Shown: positions 10,682-23,139 of the stretch, in pieces
Numbering within the stretch: the stretch's first letter is position 1
Layout: the number at the start of each line of letters is the position of its first letter
Assembly: GCF_902652985.1 (NCBI RefSeq)
Contig: NC_047021.1
Coordinates: 32,860,001 to 32,924,000, forward strand
Source: Pecten maximus
Lineage: Eukaryota
Length of the DNA: 64,000 nucleotides
Reading direction: 5' to 3'
The notes under the pieces: model-generated
Told to the model about the DNA's origin: nothing
The model's database searches: none
What the model saw: the letters and a program-made list of their open reading frames with translations, nothing else
Program-made: the position numbers and the translations under genes

Positions 10682-13600
10682 ATGGCAAAACTTTTTTCCA
10701 CAAGATTATTGTCGACATTGTGTAAAGTGATCACTGAAAGTGGTCTCACACAGCAATCTGCTCTCCAAAGGTAAGTTTTCCTGTATATCAGTAGATTTTT
10801 ATATAATTAAAAACGATGACCTTGTTCCAAGAACCGGCCTGATCGCTGCATCATACAGTTATCTCCCTTTAAGTGTTTGGACATACACATGATAACAATG
10901 GTCAACATCGATCATGATTAATCTTAAATCTATTTAATGATTCCATTCAGCTGTATTGTAAAAGCAACGAGTCCCATTATTTTAAGAATGAGCACAGGTT
11001 CGGGACTAGATTAGCACAATTATTTTTAAGCTGAAGTAATAATAAATAAAAAAAATTAAGGATATATTAAAAAAATCATGTAAATCATTTTTTAACCCAA
11101 TGTCGACCTTATGTACATACATATAAAACATGTAAATACCACATTTATGAAACTAACAAAAATTACTCCTCAAGTGACTTCCATTTCTCTTTAAAATAAT
11201 TAAACACAAATTAGAAACTCTTGCTGGCTAGGTTATATATATATAGGCCATATATTATAAGGTATCCTATTTACATTGTAGCTAGTGTTGTTGGAATCCA
11301 GAGTATCTGTATCTGGCCTTGGGAGACCCTCATGATCAGCCAAGTGACCATATGCATGTAGCCTTTCATGATCATGTCCGATGGGAATCTTATTTATGTC
11401 TGAAGATTCCATTTATCAGAAGTTGATTCCTTCATAACAAAAACTGCAGGGCATCCAGTTGACTTGAATTTTAGTTATTTCAAAAGTCAAAGCACTCTTT
11501 TTCAGAAATTTGAAGGGTCAAAACATGTGAAATAGAAATGTCCGTTCAATCCTAAGAGTCAAACTGACTTTTGGGAGTCAAAAACATACCATCAAGGCAC
11601 AGGGTCATGTCTAGTCTTATATTATAAAATAGCAAGCAATACCTATATATATTGTCAATATATATATATAGGTATTTCTGGCTATTTTTTAATATAAGAC
11701 TAGACATGCCCCTGCCTGCGATCAAGGGTTTATGCATACTTCTGCTGCCCCCATTGCATGATGGTACAAGATGACTAATTAATTTTGGTATGTTGTCTTT
11801 TTTAACAATTGCTTTCTTCCAAATGACTCCCTTGGCACTGTGCATACCTCACTTTTGGTCTTTTGTTGAGCGTTCACCCCTGCAAGGAATGCTTTGGGTT
11901 CTGTTCCCATGCCATCCCAGAGTCTATAAAAATGGCAGTTGCTTCGATTCTCCTGCTTATATTTGTGCACATTGCAGGGCTTTTCTGGGGGCTTTTTGGT
12001 GCCCCATTCCCAATTAAAATTATTTCATATTTAAGCAAGATTCCCAAAATTTACTCCTGAAAAAATCTTTTCCAAATCGCCAATTTTCTTCCCAAAATGA
12101 GACCAAAAGGCCCCATCCAAAACCTGCAGTGAGAAAGCCCTGTAATTTTTGGACATGTATGGCTAATTTCAAATTTGCCCGTTGTCAGTATAAAGCGACC
12201 AGTTGTGAATTGGAATGTCCTGCTTAGTGTCTTTGGCAGTATGCTTCAGTGAGGTAGCACTATAAAGTCAGCATCACTTCGGTTCCTTGCTATCCCAAGG
12301 GGACAAACACAGACATACAATGACTATACTATGTATCATGATCATAGTTCACAAAGCACACACACACACTACACTCATGCATCTCTCACACAATCGATAC
12401 CTTCCTTAAATGATAATAGCTTTTGATATGATGTTAAACAATATACTAAACTAAACCAATCTTAATTAGTGGTCAACATGCAGACAGTAAAACGATTCCA
12501 TTATATGAATTATATTTACAACACCATCAGTGTATGTGTTGCTTTATCATTGCATGAAACAATTGTGACTAGAATCTTAAGTCCTATGAATCAAAAGTTC
12601 ATCAAACCTTTAACCTTGCAGACATAGGTTTTTAATCAGATTCTGAAAATCCCCAAGTGCTATATATACATATATATATATACTTGTATACATTATCTGC
12701 TAATTATGGTGGCTTTGAAGTACTTTACTCTCTCTATAGTATAAAGGTAGACATGAAAAGCTGATTAGAAATGTTGCACAGTAATCAGCCACAAATGTTA
12801 TAATTGGGTTACATAATATTAATGTATTTGTTGCTGGACATATAAATCACACTTGCAGAAGGTAGCCACGACCATTAATTGTCCTTTAGGATATATCACA
12901 TGTACTGTTAGAATATCACATGTACGTACATGTACAACACATATGGTACATCGGTTATTACAATGTTACTAACAGTACCATATGTGTTCCCATGGTGCTG
13001 AAATATATATTTAAAAAAAAGAAAGAAAAACCCATGATATAATCAAGGTTAATTATACACTTCGAATTCAGATATCAGGACCTCAGTTGATCTCTTGCAA
13101 CTGGGATTTAGCTATTACAGAGGTCAAACATATACCCAGTATGTCATATAGACATATATAATATATCTAGCAAACATAAGAGTCAAAATATGATTTTGGG
13201 GAGTCTGTCAAAAACACTCTCAAGGGTCTATGTATACTGGATATGTTATATTACTTCATACTTAAAGATTTTTTCACGTTCATTAAAAATCAATTGATAT
13301 CTATAAATCTTAAAAACAATAACTGGTCATTCTTGTCACTGGTCAGATTAACATAACTGGTGTATGATCATGTGATATCTGTTGTGACCAACTAATATCT
13401 TGTCTTTTGTTCAGTGGTATATATGAGAAGCTAAATGTTATGACATCTTTATCATCAAGGAACAATATCTTTGTGGAAAAATGGATTTGTAATTTTATCA
13501 GCATTGAATTTGATTGGAAAAGAGAACAAATCAAAACAGACTTTGTGATCAGATCAATATTTTTTTGTAGCGTGTGAACTGTGTAAGCTTAAAGCTTGAT

Positions 13601-16600
13601 TTGTGATCCTTTCATACTTCTGGAAAGAGGATGGCTGCTGAGAAAAAGAAATTCAAAATTCCCTCTGCAACAGAGATGGAACAGTCATCAACGAGTACCA
13701 TAAAACCACATGATACTCTTGCTGCTTTCAAGAGACAACAAGTCGAAGATAAATCTTGTAAAACCACAGAAAAGAAGAAAACATTACCTGATCAGAATCA
13801 AGTCAAAATTGCTTCCTTTCTTACATCATCTAAACCATCCACATCAAAAGCTAGCACTTCAACAAACAAATTCAATCAGCCCGAACCTGTAGCTACTGAA
13901 AAAAGGGATGCGTTATCATCATCATCATCAACTGAACCTGAAATAAAAGATAAAGAAGAAACATCAACAAACTCTAGTGATAAATTTATGGCTCCAGTGA
14001 CTGTTGGTAAGGGGAGCACAAGTAACGCCCTGATTGTCAACCCCAGACAGAGAGGCAATCCCATTCTCAAGTCTGTGCGTAACGTAGCCTGGGAATATGG
14101 AGACATTGTGCCGGACTATGTGATGGGCTTGAGTACATGTGCTCTGTATCTGAGTTTAAGGTACCACCAACTTCATCCCAATTACATTCACGACCGACTC
14201 AAGCAGTTAGGCCGGGCGTATGATCTGCGCGTCATGCTGGTCCAAGTGGATATCAAAGAACCTCATCATCTTCTGAAGGATCTTGCCAAGATTTGTATTC
14301 TAGCAGACTGTACACTCATGTTGGCATTCACAACTGAAGAAGCTGGACGCTACCTCGAGACTTACAAAGTTTACGAGTTTAAACCACCTGATGCCATCAT
14401 GGAAAAAACAGATCATGATTTTGTGTCAAAGTTTACTGATTGTATAACCAGTGTGAAGTCTGTGAATAAAACTGATGCGGTGACACTGATGTCAACATTC
14501 AAATCACTCAAAGGTGTCATGGAAGCTTCAAAAGAAGATCTGTCTCTTTGTCCAGGGTTTGGACCTCAGAAAGCCAAGCGTGTGTATGACATATTCCAGG
14601 AACCATTCATGAAAGCCAAGAAACAAAAACCAGAGAAGAGTGATAATAAGTAAAGAAAATATTGGAAATTATTATTTATTTTTTGTTGAAAAAAATAGAA
14701 AAGAAAAAATGTCGAGTGAAATGAAGTTTAACTTCAATTTCAAGTAAATTACTAATTATTTGTATATTGCAATTGAATATAAATGTAGGTGTGTTTACAT
14801 GTATACATGTATAAACTTTGTATATTGGCTGTATTGAACTATATATATCATGAGGAACTTTGATTGTCTGATCTGTTATTGCATTGAATGTACCTTACTT
14901 AGAAATTGAATTATCAATAGTATTGAGTAAAATAGGTGGTTGTGTAATTTTACATACATGTATGTCAGAGTTATTCCCCTTTTTGACAGACAGGTATCTA
15001 GTATGTATCCTGAATTTATTGCATGTAGCTTAGATTTTTGTTGTTGTTGATAAATGGAGATAATGGAATATTTTTGCACAAAAGAAATGGTATCACTTAA
15101 TTTATCAGATGAAATTTAAGAATTGAGAAAAAAAATATAAGTACAGTCAATACAATGTACATTCCTATATGTTAGCTATATGTATCACAGGGATCAATAA
15201 TTCTGGATCATGATCATGATTTATAGAAGACTTTCAGGGTTTTGAATTAAGTAGATATATAGGGTAATGTAAAACTTTCTGAGAAGATTTGTAATGACTT
15301 ATTTTGCAGACCAGTATATCAATTATTTTTACATTTGTGCTATTCATATACAGCTGTATATACATTCAATGTATTAAAGTGTTGGGAGAAAAAAAAATTG
15401 TTTTCTTTTGTTTAAAACAACTTCACACACACAAAATTATATTTGTTATGAACATATATGCAGCTGATATTCTTTTGTTTAAAACAACTTCACACACACA
15501 AAATTATATTTGTTATGAACATATATGCAGCTGATATAAAATGATCTTTCTGTCTCCTGGTAATAAATTTTCTCATGCACCATTAACAAAATACAATTTA
15601 TTACCTTTTAGTATTTATAAATGACAGATATGTTCTGTATTCAGATGTTATAGGATTTTTTTTTTTAAATTGAAGGTGGTTTTATTTTCATTTGCTTCAT
15701 GATCATGACCTATTAACACAAAAATGTCATTTAAGGAGGTGTGATGGGGACACTGAAAGTCACCAAAATTATTGTATAGTGTCATCACACCGAACTGCCA
15801 CACCTGGACACATTTGCTCCACATCCCACCTGGTCACATTATACTGACAATTGGAAAACCAATCTTTAACTTCATCAAGCATAAAGCATGCACAGAAATG
15901 CAAGTACAAATAAATGTACCCATTTTACAGACATGAATAAGGTTTATCTTTGCCAGGGGACAGAACCCATAACCCTTATTCCTCACATTATTCAAGCATT
16001 TGTATGTTATTTTCCTTGTCATTTTTTTCTCTATAATGATGAAAAAGATAATTACAGCTGACTTTTTAAAAGAATGGAATATTTCAAAATAATCACCTGT
16101 AACATGATTGCAGAAAATTATTACCACTTAATTATATAACCCAGCAAGAAGGATATTCGCTGTTTGAGCACTAGGCTACTGTAGTCCTATAAAATAAGAC
16201 TTGGAAGGTTCATTTGAGGTTCGACAAATAACAAAAATCTAAATATCTGATAATGAAGGTAAAAAAATCAGGATATGAACCTTCGAAGTCTTACATTATA
16301 GGACTATAGGCTACTGGCTTGCTTGCAATCCAAGCCTATCATCATAAAGGACCTGTATTTACAGCACAGACAAGTAAGCTGTCAAACGTTCCTCCCCTTC
16401 CTTTATTAGGCCATAAATCTGTTTTTCCAAACATCTCATTACAGACACAGAGCATAAATCGGTAACATCTATTAGATCTTGTAAACCTGGTAAGCGAGAA
16501 ATTATTGTAGAATATTGTTTGTTTGTGCTGATAATCCAAAGTTTGGCTGATTGGACGTCAAAGGCCTTAATTAGTTCATATGCACAAAATGAAAAGGGTT

Positions 16601-19600
16601 CATTGGTGATGTTACGGTGGTGCAAGTCATCTTGAGGGAGTCCACAGAGGTTACATGTCAGTTGTCGACAACTAATTACTAGTACCTGTCCGGTTCTGTG
16701 CCACTTATCTGGCTATTCCTCAGATCCACATCTGAGTGGATGTTTGGCCTGGAGACGCCTGTATGTACATGTCTTGCTATATATTGGGACATATACACAC
16801 AATGTATGTATAAATAATCGTAAACTATGTAGGATTAGGGTTTTAGATCTTTAATAAATTTGATATATCATTCATGAATTGACATTCTAGGCTTTGGTGA
16901 CGGTATATGAGTATATATTAAAATATTTTGTGTATTGCCAGGCAATTAAGGTGATATGAGTCATTTATATAGGGCCAAATAAAATGAATTTACAAAAAAC
17001 TACTTTTAAATCTCTGATCTTTTATAATTATATTGCATGAAGATAATGTAAAGATGAATTTTGTTTACCTACCAACATATGTATAGTACATGTAATACAA
17101 CCTAATACTTCTATAGTATCGTCGATAGAGACACATTGATCTAAAAATATATTAAATTCCATATCCTCCAAAAGGATTTATGCTATCAATAGAAATGTGT
17201 TACTTTTGCAAATTTGTGCCTGCTTAGTCCTCCTATATATGCAGAAATCCAACGAGACAGCTAAGTAACATCAGCCTTGATAGAAATTCAAGTACACTCC
17301 ACTATGAAATTTTTGTCTGTTTAGCCATCCTCAGGCACAAATCTAATGAGACTTGAATTTAAGATGGATGGATGTGACTTAGCTGTCAAGTTGGATTTTG
17401 ATCTGCCCGAGGATGGCTAATTATAAGTAGCTGAAATTCTGCAAATAATAATACTTAGAGCTCGAGTAATACATAAATCTAAAAATAGCTGTGCAAAGTT
17501 TATGACATTCATCTACAAGTTACATTTGTAAATAGGAGTGAGTCTTGTAGCCTGAGTTCTTTCTGCAGGCTACAACACCAGATGTGAATTGGTGTCATAA
17601 TCTGTCCTTTACAGTGACTAAAATCTTGTCTTCGGAACAGCATAAACTCATGTTAAGATGAATGATTATTTTTCTTGTCTGGAATTTTGACAAATGGACT
17701 CTGCTGCCACTCACAATAGAGTAACTTCATCATTTAATGCAGTGTAACCGTGACATTATAAATTGACATCATCATCAATTGCACATGTTAAAGGGAACAG
17801 GCCCATGTAAGACTCTGTTAGTGTTCATGCAGTTGTCTCTAATACAGAACTGTATTTCAGGTATGGAATTCACACAGCAGCTGTCCTGGAGGCCAAACAC
17901 AGGTATACAGATGAAAACATAGACCTGAACAAAGATACCCTCAAACCACAAAGACTGTTCAAAAGTGGAGGCAGGGACCCTGAAACAGGTGTGTTATAAC
18001 TAAAAACTAAGATTTGAAAAAAAAAAAAAAATAGAAACTGCTGGTTCCATAAAGTTTTGATAACCATATGACAAGTTGAATTACTGTACATATTTCTGAA
18101 GGAAAGAATAAATCATAAAATCTCTATAATGAGGAGGCCCTGTTTGAATAATTTTCAAGAAAACATGATATTAGCCAAACCTTGACATTAACAGATGTGA
18201 TATTAAATGGAGTGAACAGCAAATTATGAAATCTCTGTCTATAATCAACATTGACATTAACAGATATTAAATGGAGTTACATGTATAAGCAAATTTTAAA
18301 ATCATATATCATGGAGTTCAAAGTAAATCATAACACCTCCATCTTTAATCAACAGGTGCTGTTTGAATCACTTATAAGTTTAAGGTTATGAAACACTATC
18401 AAATGGCCAAATTACTGTATTCATCAGACAATAAGTGCGTGCCTAGTGTTTATACAACCTACATTCATTGCAATTGAGTAAAACTGTGAACAGGTGTAAT
18501 TTAATTGTCTTCTAATAAGACCATCCCCTTTTATTGTGAAGTGACCTTGTATTACTCGTTATATCACCAGGAAGAGTAGTGTACAAGCGTGTTGGCGGAG
18601 GCCATAAACAGTCCCTTCGATTGGTCAGATTTGATTACAATGTGCCAGAAAAGAAGACAGATGTTGGTTACGAGAGAGTTATCCATGTCCGTAAGGATCC
18701 CTGTCGTACAGCACATATTGCTATCACCGCAAGTGGTAACAGGAAACGCTACACTCTGGCATCGGACAGCACAAAGACGGGTGATCTGATCAAAACCTTT
18801 GCGGATATCCCTGATCTTCCGGGTAAGTTGATACATTCGATTATATTGGGCGTCTGGGTGGTGCACTGGACAACAGTCCATGACCATCCTAAAACTGGGT
18901 TACGCTCACTTTCACTGTAGATCAGCTCCCCTGGAATTTGTCAAGGCAAAATCGAAGGCTTGACCAGTTACCAACTTGTGGATAAAACCAGGAAACTTGT
19001 TGGATGTTTTCATGTAAATCAAATGAATCTGAAAATCACATACCAATAAATTGATTGACTTTGAATTTGGTTGTGGATCCTCTTTAATCTTCAAAAAAGA
19101 AATATATCAGCTTCAGTGATTGCCTGATTGGTCAGATGTTTGCTTTATCACCAATCAAATAGCTAGTTCGATTTTGCCCTGATGTGTTTCAGTGGTGCAG
19201 AATGTGTAGAAGTTTGAGCATTGACAACCTCTGCATTCTGTGGCCACTTCACCAAACAGCCACCCTTAAGGTAGTTAGGGGAAGAGAGTTTGTGTGAACA
19301 GCTTTGTATCACAAAAACAGTCAGGAGTCTAGCCATGTAACCTCAGGTGAATGTCCGAGGTGTGTGGTTCCACACTACCTACCTGTGGCAATTTGTGTTT
19401 CTTGAAAAGCTGAGAAATGGGTAGGTCTGTGCTGTCATGGATGAGTCCTTGGGCAAGACATGAACACTTTACCTTAGTTACTCTGGATAGCATGTGGCAG
19501 GCCTCCTGTATGTTGTTCGGTGAAAAAAAATCACTAAAAAATAAAATAAAATGAATACGTAAATTATATCTGAGGAAGTCTGGTGGGTTTGAAAATTTGT

Positions 19601-20158
19601 GTGCAATTTCTTTTTCCATCATAAGTTTGACAGGCTAGTGAAACAATAAGGCACCAGGTGGCCATCTTCAAAATGGCTATGTTGACATGTATACATCCAC
19701 ATAGAGTATATCTCCTAACCTCTATTCTTTGTGTTGTAGTATCTCCAGAGGCAGGCAATCAGTACCCAGTGGGATCCCTGCCTGTCGGCACCATTATCCA
19801 CAATATAGAACGGTGGCCGAAGGAGGGTGGCAGAGTGGCACGGGCAGCCGGAGCGAGTGGCATGATAACTCGTAAACTAGAAGACAACAGTGTAGTTATT
19901 AGTATGCCGTCAAAGAAAGAAATGCGTGTAGACCAGTACGCTATGGCTACAGTTGGTAGGGTTTCCAATCCCGGTCATCAGGATGTTATCATCGGAAAGG
20001 CGGGGAGAAATCGTTGGAAGGGTATTAGACCCAGCAGTGGATTGAAACAGAAGAAAAGTGGTTATCACGGGAAGAAAATAAACAAACCAAAGGCTATTAA
20101 GAGCTATGTCAAAATACAGGCACCAACTTCTACAGACTTTAAACAAAATCATGACTGA
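10682..20158 (+). CDS. MRPL2: Mitochondrial large ribosomal subunit protein uL2m, about 295 aa. Exons 10682-10770, 17861-17988, 18571-18822, 19740-20158
   Basis: Exons 2-4 encode [70 protein letters not shown], all uL2 motifs. Exon 1 [16 protein letters not shown].. resembles a transit peptide and ends AG/GTAAGT in the phase exon 2 needs. Total 888 nt. Exon 1 is less certain than exons 2-4. Confidence 0.9.
11598..11714. mobile_element. Palindromic mini-element related to 10090-10200
   Basis: Arms CAGGGTCATGTCTAGTCTTATATT and AATATAAGACTAGACATGCCCCTG around an AT-rich centre. Confidence 0.7.
11975..12142. mobile_element. Short hAT-like MITE
   Basis: Termini CAGGGCTTT and AAAGCCCTG; no clear TSD. 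Confidence 0.5.
12176..12460 (+). mobile_element. SINE fragment (molluscan Meta-SINE-like body and tail)
   Basis: Contains TCAGTATAA...TGCTTCAGTGAGGTAGCACTATAAA...GTTAAACAA with an AAAC-type tail. A related motif occurs inverted near 42109-42135. Family assignment is from memory. Confidence 0.4.
13631..14653 (+). CDS. ERCC1: DNA excision repair protein ERCC1, 340 aa, single coding exon
   Basis: Central domain motifs [64 protein letters not shown], followed by tandem HhH motifs [21 protein letters not shown]. The ORF is intact, with a low-complexity S/T/K N-terminus. Confidence 0.97.
   Translation: MAAEKKKFKIPSATEMEQSSTSTIKPHDTLAAFKRQQVEDKSCKTTEKKKTLPDQNQVKIASFLTSSKPSTSKASTSTNKFNQPEPVATEKRDALSSSSSTEPEIKDKEETSTNSSDKFMAPVTVGKGSTSNALIVNPRQRGNPILKSVRNVAWEYGDIVPDYVMGLSTCALYLSLRYHQLHPNYIHDRLKQLGRAYDLRVMLVQVDIKEPHHLLKDLAKICILADCTLMLAFTTEEAGRYLETYKVYEFKPPDAIMEKTDHDFVSKFTDCITSVKSVNKTDAVTLMSTFKSLKGVMEASKEDLSLCPGFGPQKAKRVYDIFQEPFMKAKKQKPEKSDNK
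15404..15540. repeat. Tandem duplication of about 67 bp
   Basis: CTTTTGTTTAAAACAACTTCACACAC...GCAGCTGATAT occurs twice in direct succession. Confidence 0.85.
16182..16306. mobile_element. 125-bp MITE with 10-bp flanking direct repeat
   Basis: TIRs TAGTCCTATAAAATAAGACTTGGAAGGTTCAT and ATGAACCTTCGAAGTCTTACATTATAGGACTA. TAGGCTACTG lies at 16172-16181 and 16307-16316. Confidence 0.8.
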
Positions 20159-20844
20159 CAATTTACAGGACTGTTCATAATTGTTTGAGAGAAAGCTTAA
20201 GCACTTCTTAGAGTACTGTGTTAGATACTGGTGGGAGATAGGTACGTCCTCATAAATATCTAGATAAAATGGTGAGTTGTGGATGTGTTTTAATTATAAT
20301 AAATTATCAAATATACTGTACCCAGAATCTTCTCTTTTTTGTCTATTAATTTATTATCACTTTTAAAATATATTATGTATTTATACCAATTAAATAACTT
20401 AATCGGTTTTTAGTAGCTAGCATTGATATCCAAAAATATAAAGGGCATGGCTGTGTGAATATTTGATGTCCCAAATTATCTTTTCTGTGTTAAATGTTAA
20501 ACCTGAATTAGTAAACTTGAAAAAGTACATGTGAAATTTCAGAATTTAATACATGTGAAATTGACTGTCCATGATTAAAAAGTCTCCTTTATTTAAAGTC
20601 GTTTACAAGGTCGACAATCAACAGAAGCTCTGTAGAGCTCTTGTTATGAAGCCCCTATGGGAACATGTTGTTTTGGATGTTGGAGTAAAATCCATGGATG
20701 AGAAAACGAGCCTTCAGTGGGGAAACAACTAATACAAACATACATCATCCCCTTCCACCAGTACTTCTGTACCACTGTTCTAGAGTAGAGTGGTGTGAAG
20801 CTCATGCTGGACTATATGCATCATGTCGGCATTCAACTGTCAGA

Positions 20845-21965
20845 TAATTAGCAATCATGGCCATTTAAGCACCCATATAGAATTAGCAATTGCTACTACT
20901 TAAGCACCCGTACAGAATAAGACATCACTGATCCTAAGGCATGAATGGAGAATTAGCATCACTACTAGTAAAGCACCCTTAGAGAATTAATAATCGCTGC
21001 TACCAAGGCACCTATAGAGAATTAGTAATAAATGCTATGAAGCAGCGGTAGAGAATTACCAATAGCTGCTACTTAAGCCCCCGTAGAGAATTAACAATCA
21101 CTGCTACTTAGTAACCCTTACATAATTAACATTCACTGCTACTAAGGCACACGTGAAGAATTAGCAATTGTGGCTACAAAGGTACATTTAGAGAATTAGC
21201 AATCATTGCTACTAAGGCACCCTTAGATAATTACCAATCGGTGCTACCAAGGCACTTTTAGATAATTAGCAATCACTGCTACTAAGGCACCCTTAGATAA
21301 TTAGCAATCACTGCTACTAAGGCACCCTTAGATAATTAGCAATCACTGCTACTAAGGCACCCTTAGATAATTAGCAATCACTGCTACTAAGGCATCCTTA
21401 GATAATTAGCAATCGTTGCTACTAAGGCATCCTTAGATAATTAGCAATCACTGCTACTAAGGCATCCTTAGATAATTAGCAATCACTGCTACCAAGGCAT
21501 CCTTAGAGAATTAGCAATCATTTCTACCACGGCATCCGTAGAGAATAAGAAATCGCGGCTACTAAGGCACCATTAAAAAGTTAGTACTCGCTGCTACTAA
21601 GGCACCCGTAGAGAATTAGCAATTATGGCTACCAAGGCAGATTTAGAGAATTAGCAACCGTTGCTACTAAGACACCCTTAGAAAAATAGCAATCGGTGCT
21701 AACAATGTATTCGTAGAGAGTAAGCAATCGCGGCTTCTAAGGCACCCTTAGAAAACTAGTTATCACTACTACAAAGGCACCCGTAAATAATTAACATTCA
21801 CTGTTATTAAAACATCCGTAGAGAATTAGCAATCGTGTATACTAAGGCACTCTTACAGAATTAGCAGTTGCTGCTACTAAGGTACCATTAGAGACTTAGC
21901 AATCACTGCTACTAAGGTATCCGTAGAGAATTAGCAATCATTGCTACTAAGGCACCATTAGATAT
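20845..21965. repeat. 35-bp minisatellite (AATTAGCAATCACTGCTACTAAGGCACCCTTAGAT), about 32 copies
   Basis: Period 35 measured at 21261 and 21296. The core is homogeneous and the edges are diverged. Confidence 0.95.
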
Positions 21966-22188
21966 TCTTCTAGCACATCGCATCTACAAAATGTGTAAAG
22001 ATAAATGGCCTTGACTCATATTTAAGATCATGATCATGGAGCTCCAGAACTGACAAAGCTTATAAACAAAGTCTAGAAACACATGCTCAAAATCACTGAT
22101 TTTAGTATTTCCAAAATATATCTCTGCTGTTTCATAAGATAATCCGTACACTTCAGAAACCTGTATTAATGGGCTCATCAAGTGTGTA

Positions 22189-22924
22189 CCGTATTTGACC
22201 TAATAAGGGCGCCTACCCTAATAAGGGCGCCCCTACCTTTTTTCAAGGAAATAAATCTTTGACTGAGTGTCAAAATGGTGTCAAAATGGTGTTCAAAAGT
22301 AATAATTCATGTGAAATATTTTGCTACTTTATGTGTTCAATTTTCTTCAACAAATTAAGTAACTGAAACACATGTTTTCGCCACATTTTGTGAATTCCTA
22401 CAGGCTACAGATGACATGTCAGTGCAAAGAGCACCCAAAACTAAACACACATACAAATAATAACTTACCATCTTTATTTGAAGATAAAGTAAAGACTTCA
22501 TTCTTGTTGTTAAATAACTTTTGTTCAGAACAGAAAGCTAGTAAAAGACATTGTAAATCAATTATTAGGTCAAAGAAAACGATGTCTGATGTGATCTGGG
22601 AAATCACCTGTTTCTATAAATAGAACACAAAAGAGTTCCATTTGAACATAAATGGTGGAACACACGTTCTCTGGTCTAAAGATCAGCTGGCATGGTTAAC
22701 AAGTTTACAGGAGTATTCAAGTGATGTTTAAGCTTAATATATGATAATGAATAGATATCTTCATCTGGAATATTTTTATGACTGAATATTTTACCGTTTC
22801 CACAACCTTGGGTATTCTGCTATAAGGTATAGTCTGTTTCATAAAACTTCAGAATAACTAATCTTAATAAGGGCGCCCCACTGTCAATTACCCGCGCCCT
22901 GCGCCCTTATTAGGTCAAATACGG
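22189..22924. mobile_element. Tc1/mariner-superfamily (pogo/Tc2-like) MITE with TA TSD
   Basis: TIRs CCGTATTTGACCTAATAAGGGCGC and GCGCCCTTATTAGGTCAAATACGG with subterminal TAATAAGGGCGCC repeats; TA on both sides. Confidence 0.9.
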
Positions 22925-23139
22925 TATATGGATTTGTTGTTGTGCAAAATATAATAGTAGCTCTCAATATCTATAATATCTATATATTGTTGCTAGACCA
23001 GTGTAGATTGAAATTGTCTTGTGATTATAATAAGAACAATAGATATTTGAATTATCACGTAATTACAACTAGATCGATGGATATTTTAATTGCCCTATAA
23101 TTACAACTAGACCAATGGACATGTTAATTGTCCTGTGAT

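Noticed and set aside
16640-16760. Alternative MRPL2 first coding exon (..GCLAWRRL with a phase-2 GTATGT donor)
   Set aside because: No in-frame ATG follows the upstream stop, and the best local acceptor would shift the frame relative to exon 1. At most a cryptic or poison exon.
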